NCBI GenBank assembly: GCA_050012575.1
Contig: JBEKGX010000020.1
Coordinates: 2,831-66,830, forward strand
DNA: 64,000 bases
Source: Xanthobacteraceae bacterium
Lineage (GTDB): Bacteria; Pseudomonadota; Alphaproteobacteria; Rhizobiales; Xanthobacteraceae
Direction of reading: 5' to 3'
In this document: one piece after another, positions 37,687 to 47,708 of the stretch
Numbering within the stretch: the first letter of the stretch is position 1
How the letters are laid out: each line of letters opens with the position of its first letter
Notes under the pieces: model-generated
Seen by the model: only the letters and a program-made list of their open reading frames with translations
The model's database searches: none
What the model was told of the DNA's origin: nothing
Translations under genes and position numbers: made by a program

Positions 37687-38313
37687 GTGGCGCATCCTCA
37701 AACCCTTGGCGTCGTGCTCGCCGGCGGGCGGGCGCGCCGCATGGGCGGCGGCGACAAGGCTCGCATCCCGATCGGCGGCACGAGCATTCTTGAACGCGTG
37801 CTCGCTCGGCTCCACGCGCAATGCAGCGGAATCATTCTCAGCGCCAATGCCGACCCGGCGCGCTTTGCCGACTTAGGCGTGCCGGTGGTAGCCGACAGTG
37901 TGCCGGATCAGGCCGGCCCGCTTGCCGGCATTCTGGCCGGCCTCGATTGGACGGCAAGTCACGCGCCCTGGATCGAATGGATTCTCAGCGCGCCAATCGA
38001 CTGCCCGTTCCTGCCGCGTGACCTGGTGGCGCGGCTGCATCAGGCGCGCGCCGACGCGGGCGCGCAACTCGCCTGCACGCGTTCGGGAGAACGGACCCAC
38101 CCGGTCGTCGCGCTCTGGCCGGTTAACTTGCGCGAGGATTTGCGGCGCGCACTCACGGTTGAAGCCGTGCGCAAGGTGGACGAATGGACGGCGCGCTACG
38201 CGATCGGCATCGCCGAATGGCCGGCCGTGCCGGTCGATCCGTTTTTCAACGTCAACACGCCCGAACAGGCCGCAGCCGCCGAGCGCATGGCGGTGGAGCA
38301 TCCGGAGATTTGA
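37687..38313 (+). CDS. mobA: molybdenum cofactor guanylyltransferase
   Basis: N-terminal GVVLAGGRARRMGGGDKA motif. 208 aa. Confidence 0.88.
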   Translation: MAHPQTLGVVLAGGRARRMGGGDKARIPIGGTSILERVLARLHAQCSGIILSANADPARFADLGVPVVADSVPDQAGPLAGILAGLDWTASHAPWIEWILSAPIDCPFLPRDLVARLHQARADAGAQLACTRSGERTHPVVALWPVNLREDLRRALTVEAVRKVDEWTARYAIGIAEWPAVPVDPFFNVNTPEQAAAAERMAVEHPEI

Positions 38314-38340
38314 GACCAGAACCACTAAATCAGTCCTGCT

Positions 38341-38883
38341 TCAGCCAGGCGGCCCAATCTGCTCGCGCGGCAGCGCTTCGGCCTGTAAGACATTGGCGAT
38401 GCTCTCGATGTCGTCGAGCATCAGCACCGGCAACTGCGCCTGGCGCAACGGCGCGTCGGTCGCGATCGCCACGATGCAATCGTCCTCGGGATAGAGGAGC
38501 GGCTTGCCGATTGCGGCGCGATAAATTTCGATTTTCGGATAGGCATGGCGCTTGAAGCCTTCGACGATCACCAGATCGGCAGGGCTCAGCTTCGCCAGAA
38601 TCTCGGCGAGCGGCGGCTCGGCTTCGCCGCGCAGCTCGTGGATGAGCGCCCAGCGCCGGCTCGACGCTACCGCGACTTCACTGGCGCCGGCCTCGCGGTG
38701 CAGCCACGAATCCTTGCCCGGCCGATCGATATCGAACTCGTGGTGCGCATGCTTGATCGTCGCCACCTTCAGGCCGCGTCCGACCAAAACCGGGATCACC
38801 TTGGTGATCAGCGTCGTCTTGCCGGATCCGCTCCAGCCGGCAATCCCAACGATGCGCATCTGCTTAGGATGGTTCATCGTCAT
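38341..38883 (-). CDS. mobB: molybdopterin-guanine dinucleotide biosynthesis adaptor protein
   Basis: P-loop [10 protein letters not shown]. 180 aa. Confidence 0.85.
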   Translation of the reverse strand: MTMNHPKQMRIVGIAGWSGSGKTTLITKVIPVLVGRGLKVATIKHAHHEFDIDRPGKDSWLHREAGASEVAVASSRRWALIHELRGEAEPPLAEILAKLSPADLVIVEGFKRHAYPKIEIYRAAIGKPLLYPEDDCIVAIATDAPLRQAQLPVLMLDDIESIANVLQAEALPREQIGPPG

Positions 38884-38922
38884 TATGATAGAGAGGGCTC
38901 GCGGATTTTGCGACCCTCCCTC

Positions 38923-39147
38923 ATGGCGGAAAAAATCTTCGATCTGCGCGGCCTCAAATGCCCGCTCCCGGTGCTGCGCACGCGCAAGGCGCTCGCCGGC
39001 AGCGCGGCAGGCGATATTTTGATCGTCGCCTGCACCGACCCGCTCGCCGGCATCGATATTCCCAATCTGCTGCGGGAAACCGGCGATGCGCTGGAAGAGG
39101 CGCGCCAGGAGGCGCGGGTCACCACGTTCCGCATCCGCAAGCGCTGA
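38923..39147 (+). CDS. TusA-like sulfurtransferase (SirA family), 74 aa
   Basis: MAEKIFDLRGLKCPLPVLRTRKAL contains the CPxP motif. It is an internal ATG of the spurious longer ORF 38545-39147. Confidence 0.75.
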   Translation: MAEKIFDLRGLKCPLPVLRTRKALAGSAAGDILIVACTDPLAGIDIPNLLRETGDALEEARQEARVTTFRIRKR

Positions 39148-39171
39148 GGTCCCCTCACACCGGCACCGAAA

Positions 39172-40377
<1,206 letters not shown>

Positions 40378-40385
40378 TTAATCGA

Positions 40386-40733
40386 TCATCCCGGCTCGCC
40401 GGCGGCGTTGCGGCTCAGATCGACGAACACTTCCTCGCCCTTGAGGATGACCTGATAGGTGCGCAAAGGCACTTCGCAGGGCGGCGCCACCACGTTACCG
40501 GTCGGGACATGGAACGAGCCCATGTGCATGCAGCACTCGATCACGTCGCCTTCGAGCATGCCGTCGGCCAGGCTCGCCGCCGCGTGGGTGCATTCGTCGT
40601 CGGTGACGTAAATGACACCGCCGATGTTATAGACCGCCAGTGTATTGGCGCCGACCGCGAACGCCTTGACCGAATCCGGCTCCACATCGGACTTCGAGCA
40701 CACGCGCACGACGCTGTCAGCGTTATCCGCCAT
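40386..40733 (-). CDS. Rieske [2Fe-2S] ferredoxin
   Basis: CTH...17 aa...CCMH Rieske ligands. Start taken at MADNADS. Confidence 0.8.
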   Translation of the reverse strand: MADNADSVVRVCSKSDVEPDSVKAFAVGANTLAVYNIGGVIYVTDDECTHAAASLADGMLEGDVIECCMHMGSFHVPTGNVVAPPCEVPLRTYQVILKGEEVFVDLSRNAAGEPG

Positions 40734-40789
40734 CCTTGATCCTTCCATCGCGATTCTTGTTTAGAATAAAGGCAACAGGGCTGGGAAAC

Positions 40790-41884
40790 ATGCAAGTCCT
40801 TGTCGTCGGCGCAGGAGTAATCGGGCTCGCCGTCGCGCGCGCGATGGCTCGCCGCGGCCATGACGTGATCGTCGCCGAGGCGACCGGCGGCATCGGCAAT
40901 GGGGTGTCCTCGCGCAACAGCGAGGTGATCCATGGCGGCATCTATTATCCGACCGGCTCGCTGCGCGCCCGACACTCGACGCACGGGCGGCGCATGCTCT
41001 ACGAATTCTGCGCCTCCCACGGCGTCGCCCATAAGAAATGCGGCAAGCTCATCGTCGCCACCGACGCGGCAGAGCTTGCCAAGGTCGAGACGCTCCTCAT
41101 CCAGGGACAAAAGAACGGCGTCGAAGGCCTGGAGCTGATTGGCGGCAACGCCGCGCGTGCGCTCGAATCGGAGCTTTCCTGCATCGGCGCGCTGGCCTCG
41201 CCGGAATCCGGCATCATCGACAGCCACGGCTACATGCTGGCGCTGTGGGGCGAACTGGAAGACCGCGGCGGCAGCATCGCTTTCGAGACGCCGGTCGAGC
41301 GCGCTACCTATGCGGCACCGCAATGGCAGGTGCAGTTCGGCGGCGGCGATGCCGGCACAGTCGCATTTGACGCGGTGGTAAATGCAGCGGGCCTCGGCGC
41401 ACAGGCGCTGGCGCGGCGCATCGAGGGCTATCCGGCGGACAAGGTGCCGCCACTCATCCTCGCCAAGGGCAACTATTTCGGCTTTGCCGGCCGTCCGGTG
41501 TTCTCGCGGCTCATTTATCCGACGCCGGTCGACGGCGGTTTGGGCGTGCATGTGACGCTCGACCTCGCCGGGCGCATGCGTTTCGGGCCGGATGTCGAGT
41601 GGATCGACCGCGAAAGCTACACGGTCGATCCGCACCGCGCCGAAGCGTTCTACGACCGTATCCGCACTTACTGGCCGGGCCTGCCGGCCGGTTCATTGGT
41701 GCCGGATTATTGCGGCATTCGGCCCAAGCTCAGCGGCCCGGGCGAGAAGCAGGCCGATTTCATGATCGCCAGCGAGCCCGCGCACGGTCTGCCGCGGCTC
41801 GTCTGCCTGTTCGGTATCGAATCGCCGGGACTGACCGCTTCGCTTTCGCTGGCGGAAGAAGTGGTCGACTACCTCGTCGCCTGA
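40790..41884 (+). CDS. NAD(P)/FAD-dependent oxidoreductase (L-2-hydroxyglutarate oxidase-like)
   Basis: MQVLVVGAGVIGLAVARAMA dinucleotide-binding start. 364 aa. Confidence 0.8.
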   Translation: MQVLVVGAGVIGLAVARAMARRGHDVIVAEATGGIGNGVSSRNSEVIHGGIYYPTGSLRARHSTHGRRMLYEFCASHGVAHKKCGKLIVATDAAELAKVETLLIQGQKNGVEGLELIGGNAARALESELSCIGALASPESGIIDSHGYMLALWGELEDRGGSIAFETPVERATYAAPQWQVQFGGGDAGTVAFDAVVNAAGLGAQALARRIEGYPADKVPPLILAKGNYFGFAGRPVFSRLIYPTPVDGGLGVHVTLDLAGRMRFGPDVEWIDRESYTVDPHRAEAFYDRIRTYWPGLPAGSLVPDYCGIRPKLSGPGEKQADFMIASEPAHGLPRLVCLFGIESPGLTASLSLAEEVVDYLVA

Positions 41885-42615
41885 GCTTCACCTGGCCGCG
41901 GGACGATCACTCCGGGCTCTTCCGCGGCGACGTCCGGCTCTTTGGCGTGCCGCGCCAGTCGCGGGCGCGAGAAGCCGAAATTAAGCTCCGCAGCGACGAT
42001 TGCGGAATCGACCGGCGTGAACGCGTCGCTCTGCCCATGTTTGCCGGCATAGGCTTTGAAGCCGTCTTTGGTGGAGATCATGTCACCGGGGCGGAGCGTC
42101 GGATCGGCGCTCAGATCGAATGGCGCAAGCCCGAACGCATCGTTGCCGTTGCAGGTGCAATTGGCCACCAGGTGCTGGCGATACACGAAGGCGCCGTCGA
42201 GGTCGGAATAGTGCGCGCCGTCGGAGGCGGCGGCGTGATCGATTTCACTGCCGTAGAACACTTTGGTCTTGCTCGCCGGGCACATGGCCCGGCAGGTCTC
42301 GACCGGCGTCGCATTGCTCAGATGCTCGAGCGGAAAGTGCTGGCCGTCGCAGAGCCGCACGCAAAACGCCACCGCGTGCCCAGTGCTGCCGCTTGGGCGC
42401 AGGCTTTCGCGACCGCTGGGCATCGGTATTCCCGGCGACGGCGGCTCGGCGTAGGAGTTGATGTCGGCGGGCGGCCGCTCTTGCGAGCCGCCGAACAGAG
42501 AATCGAGAAAGCCGGCGCGCGCCGTAGCCGGCGCGGCGACAATCAACGCCGCGGACAGCGCGCCGAAGAGCACGGCAGCGCGCCATTTCAACCGCTCGCG
42601 ATGGAAGATCACCAC
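41869..42615 (-). CDS. DUF2865 domain protein (exported, Cys-rich)
   Basis: FCVRLCDGQHFP ... CRAMCP signature with a signal peptide. Convergent 16-nt overlap with the previous gene. Confidence 0.7.
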   Translation of the reverse strand: MVIFHRERLKWRAAVLFGALSAALIVAAPATARAGFLDSLFGGSQERPPADINSYAEPPSPGIPMPSGRESLRPSGSTGHAVAFCVRLCDGQHFPLEHLSNATPVETCRAMCPASKTKVFYGSEIDHAAASDGAHYSDLDGAFVYRQHLVANCTCNGNDAFGLAPFDLSADPTLRPGDMISTKDGFKAYAGKHGQSDAFTPVDSAIVAAELNFGFSRPRLARHAKEPDVAAEEPGVIVPRPGEAQATR

Positions 42616-42813
42616 GGCAAAGCCTCACAGATGGCCCCACAGGGCACACAACTAGAACGTGCCGTGAGGGATATCGTTCCCACCGCGGCGGCTGCCTGCC
42701 GCGATGAAATATCGGGGTCGCGTGGCGGCAGGCTAGCGCAGGCCGGTAAATGCCGGATGTTCAGCTATGGCAAAGATTTGCTGAAAGAGCGGCTACTCAA
42801 AAATACCGCTCGG

Positions 42814-44262
42814 TCACGGGACCACGGGCGGGTGATATTGCAGCGTGTACGCCAGCAGCCACAGCAGGAACAGCACGACGGGCAGGTGCACGAGCAATTG
42901 CAGGAATGTGAATCCGACAAGGTCGCGCGCGCGCAACCCGAGCACGCCGAGCAGTGGCAGCATCCAAAACGGGTTGATCAGGTTCGGCAGCGCCTCGGCT
43001 GCGTTGTAGATTTGCACGGCCCAGCCGAGATGCACTTTGAGATCGTTGGCGGCCTGCATCACATAGGGCGCCTCCAGCAGCCATTTACCGCCGCCCGAGG
43101 GAACGAAAAATCCGAGGATCGCCGAATAGACGCCAATCACCAGCGGATAGGTGTGCTGCGTGGATATGCTTACGAACGCATGGCTGATCTGGTCGGATAG
43201 CGTCACACCTGCGCCGTTCTTCGCCTGCGTCAGGATCGTGGCGATGGCGCCGTAGAGCGGAAACTGAATCAGAACGCCCGCGGTGGCCGGCACTGCCTTG
43301 GTGACGGCGGCGAGGAAGCGCTTGGGCCGCCAGTGCAGCAGCAAGCCCGCCATGACGAACATGAAATTGTAGGTATTGAGGTTCGAGATCGCGACGATCG
43401 CGCTTTGGCGGGAGAACTCGTAGACGAGCCATCCGATCGCAAGCAGAACAAGCAGAATGGTCAGCATTGGCGATTGCTCGAGCCACTCGCCGGGTTTTTG
43501 CGGCGGCGGCACGGTGATCGCATCGTCGTGAGAGATTTCGATCCCCATGTCTTCCGCGGTCATCGCCGCGTTCGGCCCGGGCGCCGACGAGATCGCGATG
43601 GTGATGGAGACCACAAGCAGCACCGCCGTGATCAGGAACGATTGCCACATGAAGATCGTTTCGGTGAAAGGGATCACGCCAGTGATGGCGAGCAGGCTTT
43701 TGGGGACGCTCGCCGGATTGGCCTGCAGCTGCGCGGCGGACGAAGACAGGCCCATCGCCCAGGTCGCGCCCAGCCCGAGATACGCGGCGGCCCCGGCCGC
43801 GCGGTAGTCCATGCGCAGTTCACGCCGCTCCGCCAGCGCGCGCACCAAAAGGCCGCCGACAATGAGGCTGAATCCCCAATTGAGCAGGGAAGCGATCATG
43901 CTGGCGGCGGCGACTAATCCGACCGCGCCGGTGCCGCTCTTCGGCAATTGTGCGAGCCCGTGGATGAGCCGCTGCGCCGGCGCCGAGGTGGCGACGACAT
44001 AGCCGCCGATCACGATGAACGCCATCTGCATCGTAAAAGTGATCAGGCTCCAAAACCCGTTTCCGAATGCCTCACTGACCGCAATCGGCGACGCGCCGTT
44101 GATCATCGCACCGGCGGAGACCACCACGACTGCGATCGCCACGAAAATGAAGGCGTCTGGGAACCAGCGCTCGGCCCAGGCCGTGAAGGCAATGGCAAGC
44201 CGAACCAAAGCGCCATCGCGCCGGGGCGGACGCGGCTGCACCGCCGCGCTCGTGTTTGACAT
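42814..44262 (-). CDS. short-chain fatty acid transporter (AtoE family)
   Basis: Aligns along its length with the AtoE pattern (..FGNGFWSLITFTMQMAFIVIGGYVVA..LNWGFSLIVGGLL..). Start taken at MSNTSAAV. Confidence 0.8.
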   Translation of the reverse strand: MSNTSAAVQPRPPRRDGALVRLAIAFTAWAERWFPDAFIFVAIAVVVVSAGAMINGASPIAVSEAFGNGFWSLITFTMQMAFIVIGGYVVATSAPAQRLIHGLAQLPKSGTGAVGLVAAASMIASLLNWGFSLIVGGLLVRALAERRELRMDYRAAGAAAYLGLGATWAMGLSSSAAQLQANPASVPKSLLAITGVIPFTETIFMWQSFLITAVLLVVSITIAISSAPGPNAAMTAEDMGIEISHDDAITVPPPQKPGEWLEQSPMLTILLVLLAIGWLVYEFSRQSAIVAISNLNTYNFMFVMAGLLLHWRPKRFLAAVTKAVPATAGVLIQFPLYGAIATILTQAKNGAGVTLSDQISHAFVSISTQHTYPLVIGVYSAILGFFVPSGGGKWLLEAPYVMQAANDLKVHLGWAVQIYNAAEALPNLINPFWMLPLLGVLGLRARDLVGFTFLQLLVHLPVVLFLLWLLAYTLQYHPPVVP

Positions 44263-44309
44263 CGTCGGCCCCTCCCCGTCCGTAGCGTGCGCCCGATGTG
44301 CAGAACGGA

Positions 44310-44495
44310 CTACCGCCGCGTCAAGAGTATCAGGAGCAGCCCAAGGACGGCTATGCCGCCACCATAGTAAATCCATCGGGTCTGGCTGATCATGAAGCTC
44401 TCGGCGGGATATGGAAAATACCCCGAGCCTTGTCCCATAAAGACAAGTCCCGCCAGCAAAGCGATGATTCCGATCAGCGTCAGCAGCGTTTGCAT
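44310..44495 (-). CDS. small two-TM membrane protein (61 aa)
   Basis: Two clear hydrophobic helices. Lies upstream of, and co-oriented with, the AtoE-like gene. Confidence 0.5.
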   Translation of the reverse strand: MQTLLTLIGIIALLAGLVFMGQGSGYFPYPAESFMISQTRWIYYGGGIAVLGLLLILLTRR

Positions 44496-44516
44496 TTTTC
44501 CATCAGCGCAAAAAAA

Positions 44517-47500
44517 TCAATGCGCGGCGTCCCAGTTGTCGGCGGCATGCGCCTCGACCTGCAACGGCACCGAGAGCGACACCGCCGGCAGCGGCGCGTC
44601 TTCCATCACCGCCTTGATCACCGGCAATGAGCGTTCCACTTCCGCGTCCGGCACTACGAAGACAAGCTCGTCGTGCACCTGCAATAGCATCTGCGCCGCG
44701 AGTTTTCTCTGCGCCAGCGCGCCCTCCATGCGGATCATGGCGCGGCGGATAATGTCGGCGGCGCTGCCTTGCAGCCGCGCGTTGATCGCGGCGCGCTCGT
44801 TGAAGGCGCGGATCGAGGCATTCGACGCCGCAATCTCCGGGTAGTGGCATTTGCGGCCGAACAGCGTTTCAACGTAGCCGTTTTTCTTGGCGAAGGCTTT
44901 GGTCGTCTCGATGTAATCGCGAATGCCGGGGAAGCGCTCGAAATATTTTTTGATGTAAGCGGCGGCCTCGTCGCGGGCGATGCCAAGCTGGTTGGCCAAC
45001 CCAAAAGCGGAAATACCGTAGACGATGCCGAAATTGATCGCCTTGGCGCGGCGGCGCACTTCGGCGGGCATGTTCTTCACCGGCACGCCGAACATTTCGC
45101 TCGCCGTCATAGCATGAATATCGAGGCCTTCGCGGAAGGCCTTTTGCAGCGGTTCGATGCCGGCGATCTCGGCGAGGAGCCGCAGCTCGATCTGCGAATA
45201 ATCGGCGGAGACGAGTTTCTCCCCGGGCGCGGCGATGAACGCGCGGCGGATCTTCCGGCCGTCCTCGGTGCGCACCGGTATGTTCTGCAAATTTGGGTCG
45301 GAGGACGACAGCCGCCCGGTCGTGGTGGAGGCGAGCGCATAATTGGTGTGAACGCGGTGCGTCGTCGGATTGACGAAGCCCGGCAGCGCGTCGGTGTAAG
45401 TCGATTTCAACTTCGACACCTGGCGCCAATCGAGAATCTTTTGCGGCAGCTTGTGGCCTTGCTCGGCCAATTCTTCCAGCGCCCGCGCGCCGGTCGACCA
45501 TTGGCCAGTCTTGGTCTTGGTGCCGCCTTCGAGCTTGAGCTTGCCGAACAGGATGTCGCCGAGCTGTTTGGGGCTGCCGGGATTGACCGTCTCGCCGGCC
45601 AGCTCGTTGATCTCGACTTCGAGGCCCGCGGCTTCCTGAGCGAACTCGCCGGACAGCCGCGACAAGACCTGCCGGTCGATCGAGATGCCGCGCCGCTCCA
45701 TATGCGCGAGCACGGCCAGCAGCGGCCGCTCCAGTGTCTCGTACACCGTCAGCACATGCTCGGCGGGAAGCCTGGCTCTCAACACCTGCCACAGCCGCAG
45801 CACGATGTCGGCCTGCTCGGCGGCGTATTCGGCCGCCTTGTCGATGGCGAGGCCGTCGAAGGTGATTCGGCTCTTGCCCGGCTTGAGCAGCGTGTCGATA
45901 TCGACCGCGGCGTGCGTAAAAGTGCTCTCGGCGAGCGACTTAAGACTGTGGTTCTGCCGGCCGGCGTCGAGCGCATACGACATCAGCATGGTGTCGTCGT
46001 AGGGCGCGATCTCAATGCCGCGCAGCGCGAATATCTGCCAGGCGAATTTCAGGTCGTGGCCGATCTTGAGCACGCCCATGTCGGTGAAAAGCGGCTTGAG
46101 CGCTTCCAGCGCCGCGCGTTCGGGTATCTGGTCGGGCGCGACGTCGCCGCGGAACAGCCCGCCGGCGCCGCCCTCGCCGCCCTGCCGGTGTGACAGCGGC
46201 ACGTAGCAGGCTTCGTTCGGCGCCACGGCCAACGAAAAGCCGCACAGTTCCGCCTGCATCGGATCGAGACTCGCGGCCGTCACGTCGATGGCGACCAAGC
46301 CGGAATCGCGCGCGCGTTCGATGAAGGCGTTGAGCCGCGGCAGGCTACGCACCGTCTCGTATTTGGTGCGGTCGAACTTGGCGTTGCGCGCGGCCGCAAC
46401 CCGCGCCGCCGCGAGCGCCCGCGGCGTCGAAGAGAAATTCGCCGTTCGGTCGCCGCCTGCCGGCTGCCGCAACGTCATCCCTCCGCCCGTGAGGGGAAGG
46501 TTCATTTCCCCTCCCCCCGCGTGCGGAGCGCGTGGCGGGGAGGGGTCAGGGGTGGGGGGCCCTTCGATGCCGCCCCCAGCCCCGCCGGTGCTCCCCGTAA
46601 ACCGCGTATCGGGTTCGATCTCGCCGGCTTCGATTTCGGAAAACTCCGCCACCCGCCGCATCAGCGAGTTGAATTCCATCGCCTTGAGGAAAGCGATAAG
46701 CCGCTTGTGATCGGGTTCGTGCACGGCAAGATCGCCGATCGGCACGGCAAGCTTGACGTGATCATCGAGCGTGACGAGCTTTTTCGACATTCGCGCCTTT
46801 TCGGCGTTCTCGATCAGCGATTGCCGCCGTTTCTCCTGCTTGATCTCGGCCGCGCGGGCGAGAAGCGTCTCCAGGTCGCCATATTCGCCGATGAGTTGCG
46901 CTGCGGTCTTGACGCCGATGCCAGGCACGCCCGGCACATTGTCGGTCGAATCGCCGATCAGCGCCTGCACTTCGATGACTTTTTCCGGCGGCACGCCGAA
47001 TTTCTCGATCACCTCGGCGCGGCCGATCTTCTTGTCCTTCATCGTGTCAAACATGATCACGCGGTCGTTGACGAGCTGCATCAAATCCTTGTCCGAGGAG
47101 ACGATGGTGGCGGTGGCGCCGGCCTCGCAGGCCTCGCGGACGTAGGTCGCGATCAGATCATCGGCCTCGAAGCCATCCTGCTCAAGGCAGGGCAGGTCGA
47201 AGGCGTGAACCGCTTCGCGGATGTACTTGAATTGCGGCTTCAGATCGTCGGGAGGGTCGGGCCGGTGCGCCTTGTAGTCGGCATACATCGCGGTGCGGAA
47301 GGTTTTTTCCGATTTATCGAAGACGACGGCAAGATGGGTCGGTTTCTCGTCCGCTTTCATGTCGCGCAAAAGCTTCCACAGCATGTTGCAGAAGCCGAAC
47401 ACGGCATTGAGCTGCAACCCGTCCGTCTTGCGGTTGATCGGCGGCAGTGCGTGATAGGCGCGGAAGATGTAGCCGGAGCCGTCGACGAGAAAGACGTGGT

Positions 47501-47558
47501 CGCCTTTCTTCAGCGGCTTGGCGGCGGCAGTGGTTTGCGATTTTTGTGCGGCGGGCAT
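44517..47558 (-). CDS. polA: DNA polymerase I
   Basis: 1013 aa with 5' nuclease, 3'-5' exonuclease and family A polymerase regions (..RRAKAINFGIVYGISAFGL.., ..QVHDELVF..). Confidence 0.95.
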   Translation of the reverse strand: MPAAQKSQTTAAAKPLKKGDHVFLVDGSGYIFRAYHALPPINRKTDGLQLNAVFGFCNMLWKLLRDMKADEKPTHLAVVFDKSEKTFRTAMYADYKAHRPDPPDDLKPQFKYIREAVHAFDLPCLEQDGFEADDLIATYVREACEAGATATIVSSDKDLMQLVNDRVIMFDTMKDKKIGRAEVIEKFGVPPEKVIEVQALIGDSTDNVPGVPGIGVKTAAQLIGEYGDLETLLARAAEIKQEKRRQSLIENAEKARMSKKLVTLDDHVKLAVPIGDLAVHEPDHKRLIAFLKAMEFNSLMRRVAEFSEIEAGEIEPDTRFTGSTGGAGGGIEGPPTPDPSPPRAPHAGGGEMNLPLTGGGMTLRQPAGGDRTANFSSTPRALAAARVAAARNAKFDRTKYETVRSLPRLNAFIERARDSGLVAIDVTAASLDPMQAELCGFSLAVAPNEACYVPLSHRQGGEGGAGGLFRGDVAPDQIPERAALEALKPLFTDMGVLKIGHDLKFAWQIFALRGIEIAPYDDTMLMSYALDAGRQNHSLKSLAESTFTHAAVDIDTLLKPGKSRITFDGLAIDKAAEYAAEQADIVLRLWQVLRARLPAEHVLTVYETLERPLLAVLAHMERRGISIDRQVLSRLSGEFAQEAAGLEVEINELAGETVNPGSPKQLGDILFGKLKLEGGTKTKTGQWSTGARALEELAEQGHKLPQKILDWRQVSKLKSTYTDALPGFVNPTTHRVHTNYALASTTTGRLSSSDPNLQNIPVRTEDGRKIRRAFIAAPGEKLVSADYSQIELRLLAEIAGIEPLQKAFREGLDIHAMTASEMFGVPVKNMPAEVRRRAKAINFGIVYGISAFGLANQLGIARDEAAAYIKKYFERFPGIRDYIETTKAFAKKNGYVETLFGRKCHYPEIAASNASIRAFNERAAINARLQGSAADIIRRAMIRMEGALAQRKLAAQMLLQVHDELVFVVPDAEVERSLPVIKAVMEDAPLPAVSLSVPLQVEAHAADNWDAAH
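46481..46560. repeat. GC-rich palindromic repeat element lying inside the polA coding sequence
   Basis: ATTTCCCCTCCCCCCGCGTGCGGAGCGCGTGGCGGGGAGGGGTCAGGGGTGGGGG shares ATTTCCCCTCCC and GGTCAGGGGTGGGGG with the reverse complement of 49192-49245. Confidence 0.6.
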
Positions 47559-47685
47559 GATGACCGGTAATATAGTCGCTTCGCGCGAATTGGCACGGTG
47601 CAGTGGATAATTGCATGCCGCACATTCCCGCTTCCGTTACCCCCAGGCTTGACCCCGGGGTCCATGCGGCGGCGCGGCCGTATGG

Positions 47686-47708
47686 ATTGCCGGATCAAGT
47701 CCGGCAAT
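47686..47708. repeat. REP hairpin
   Basis: ATTGCCGGA-tcaag-TCCGGCAAT, a perfect 9-bp stem in the polA-hrpB intergenic region that touches the hrpB start. Confidence 0.65.

Noticed and set aside
40541-43200. Long ORFs 40541-41635 (-, 364 aa) and 41599-43200 (+, 533 aa)
   Set aside because: They are antisense to well-supported genes (oxidoreductase, DUF2865, AtoE) and have Arg/Ala/Gly/Pro-rich low-complexity translations typical of high-GC shadow frames.
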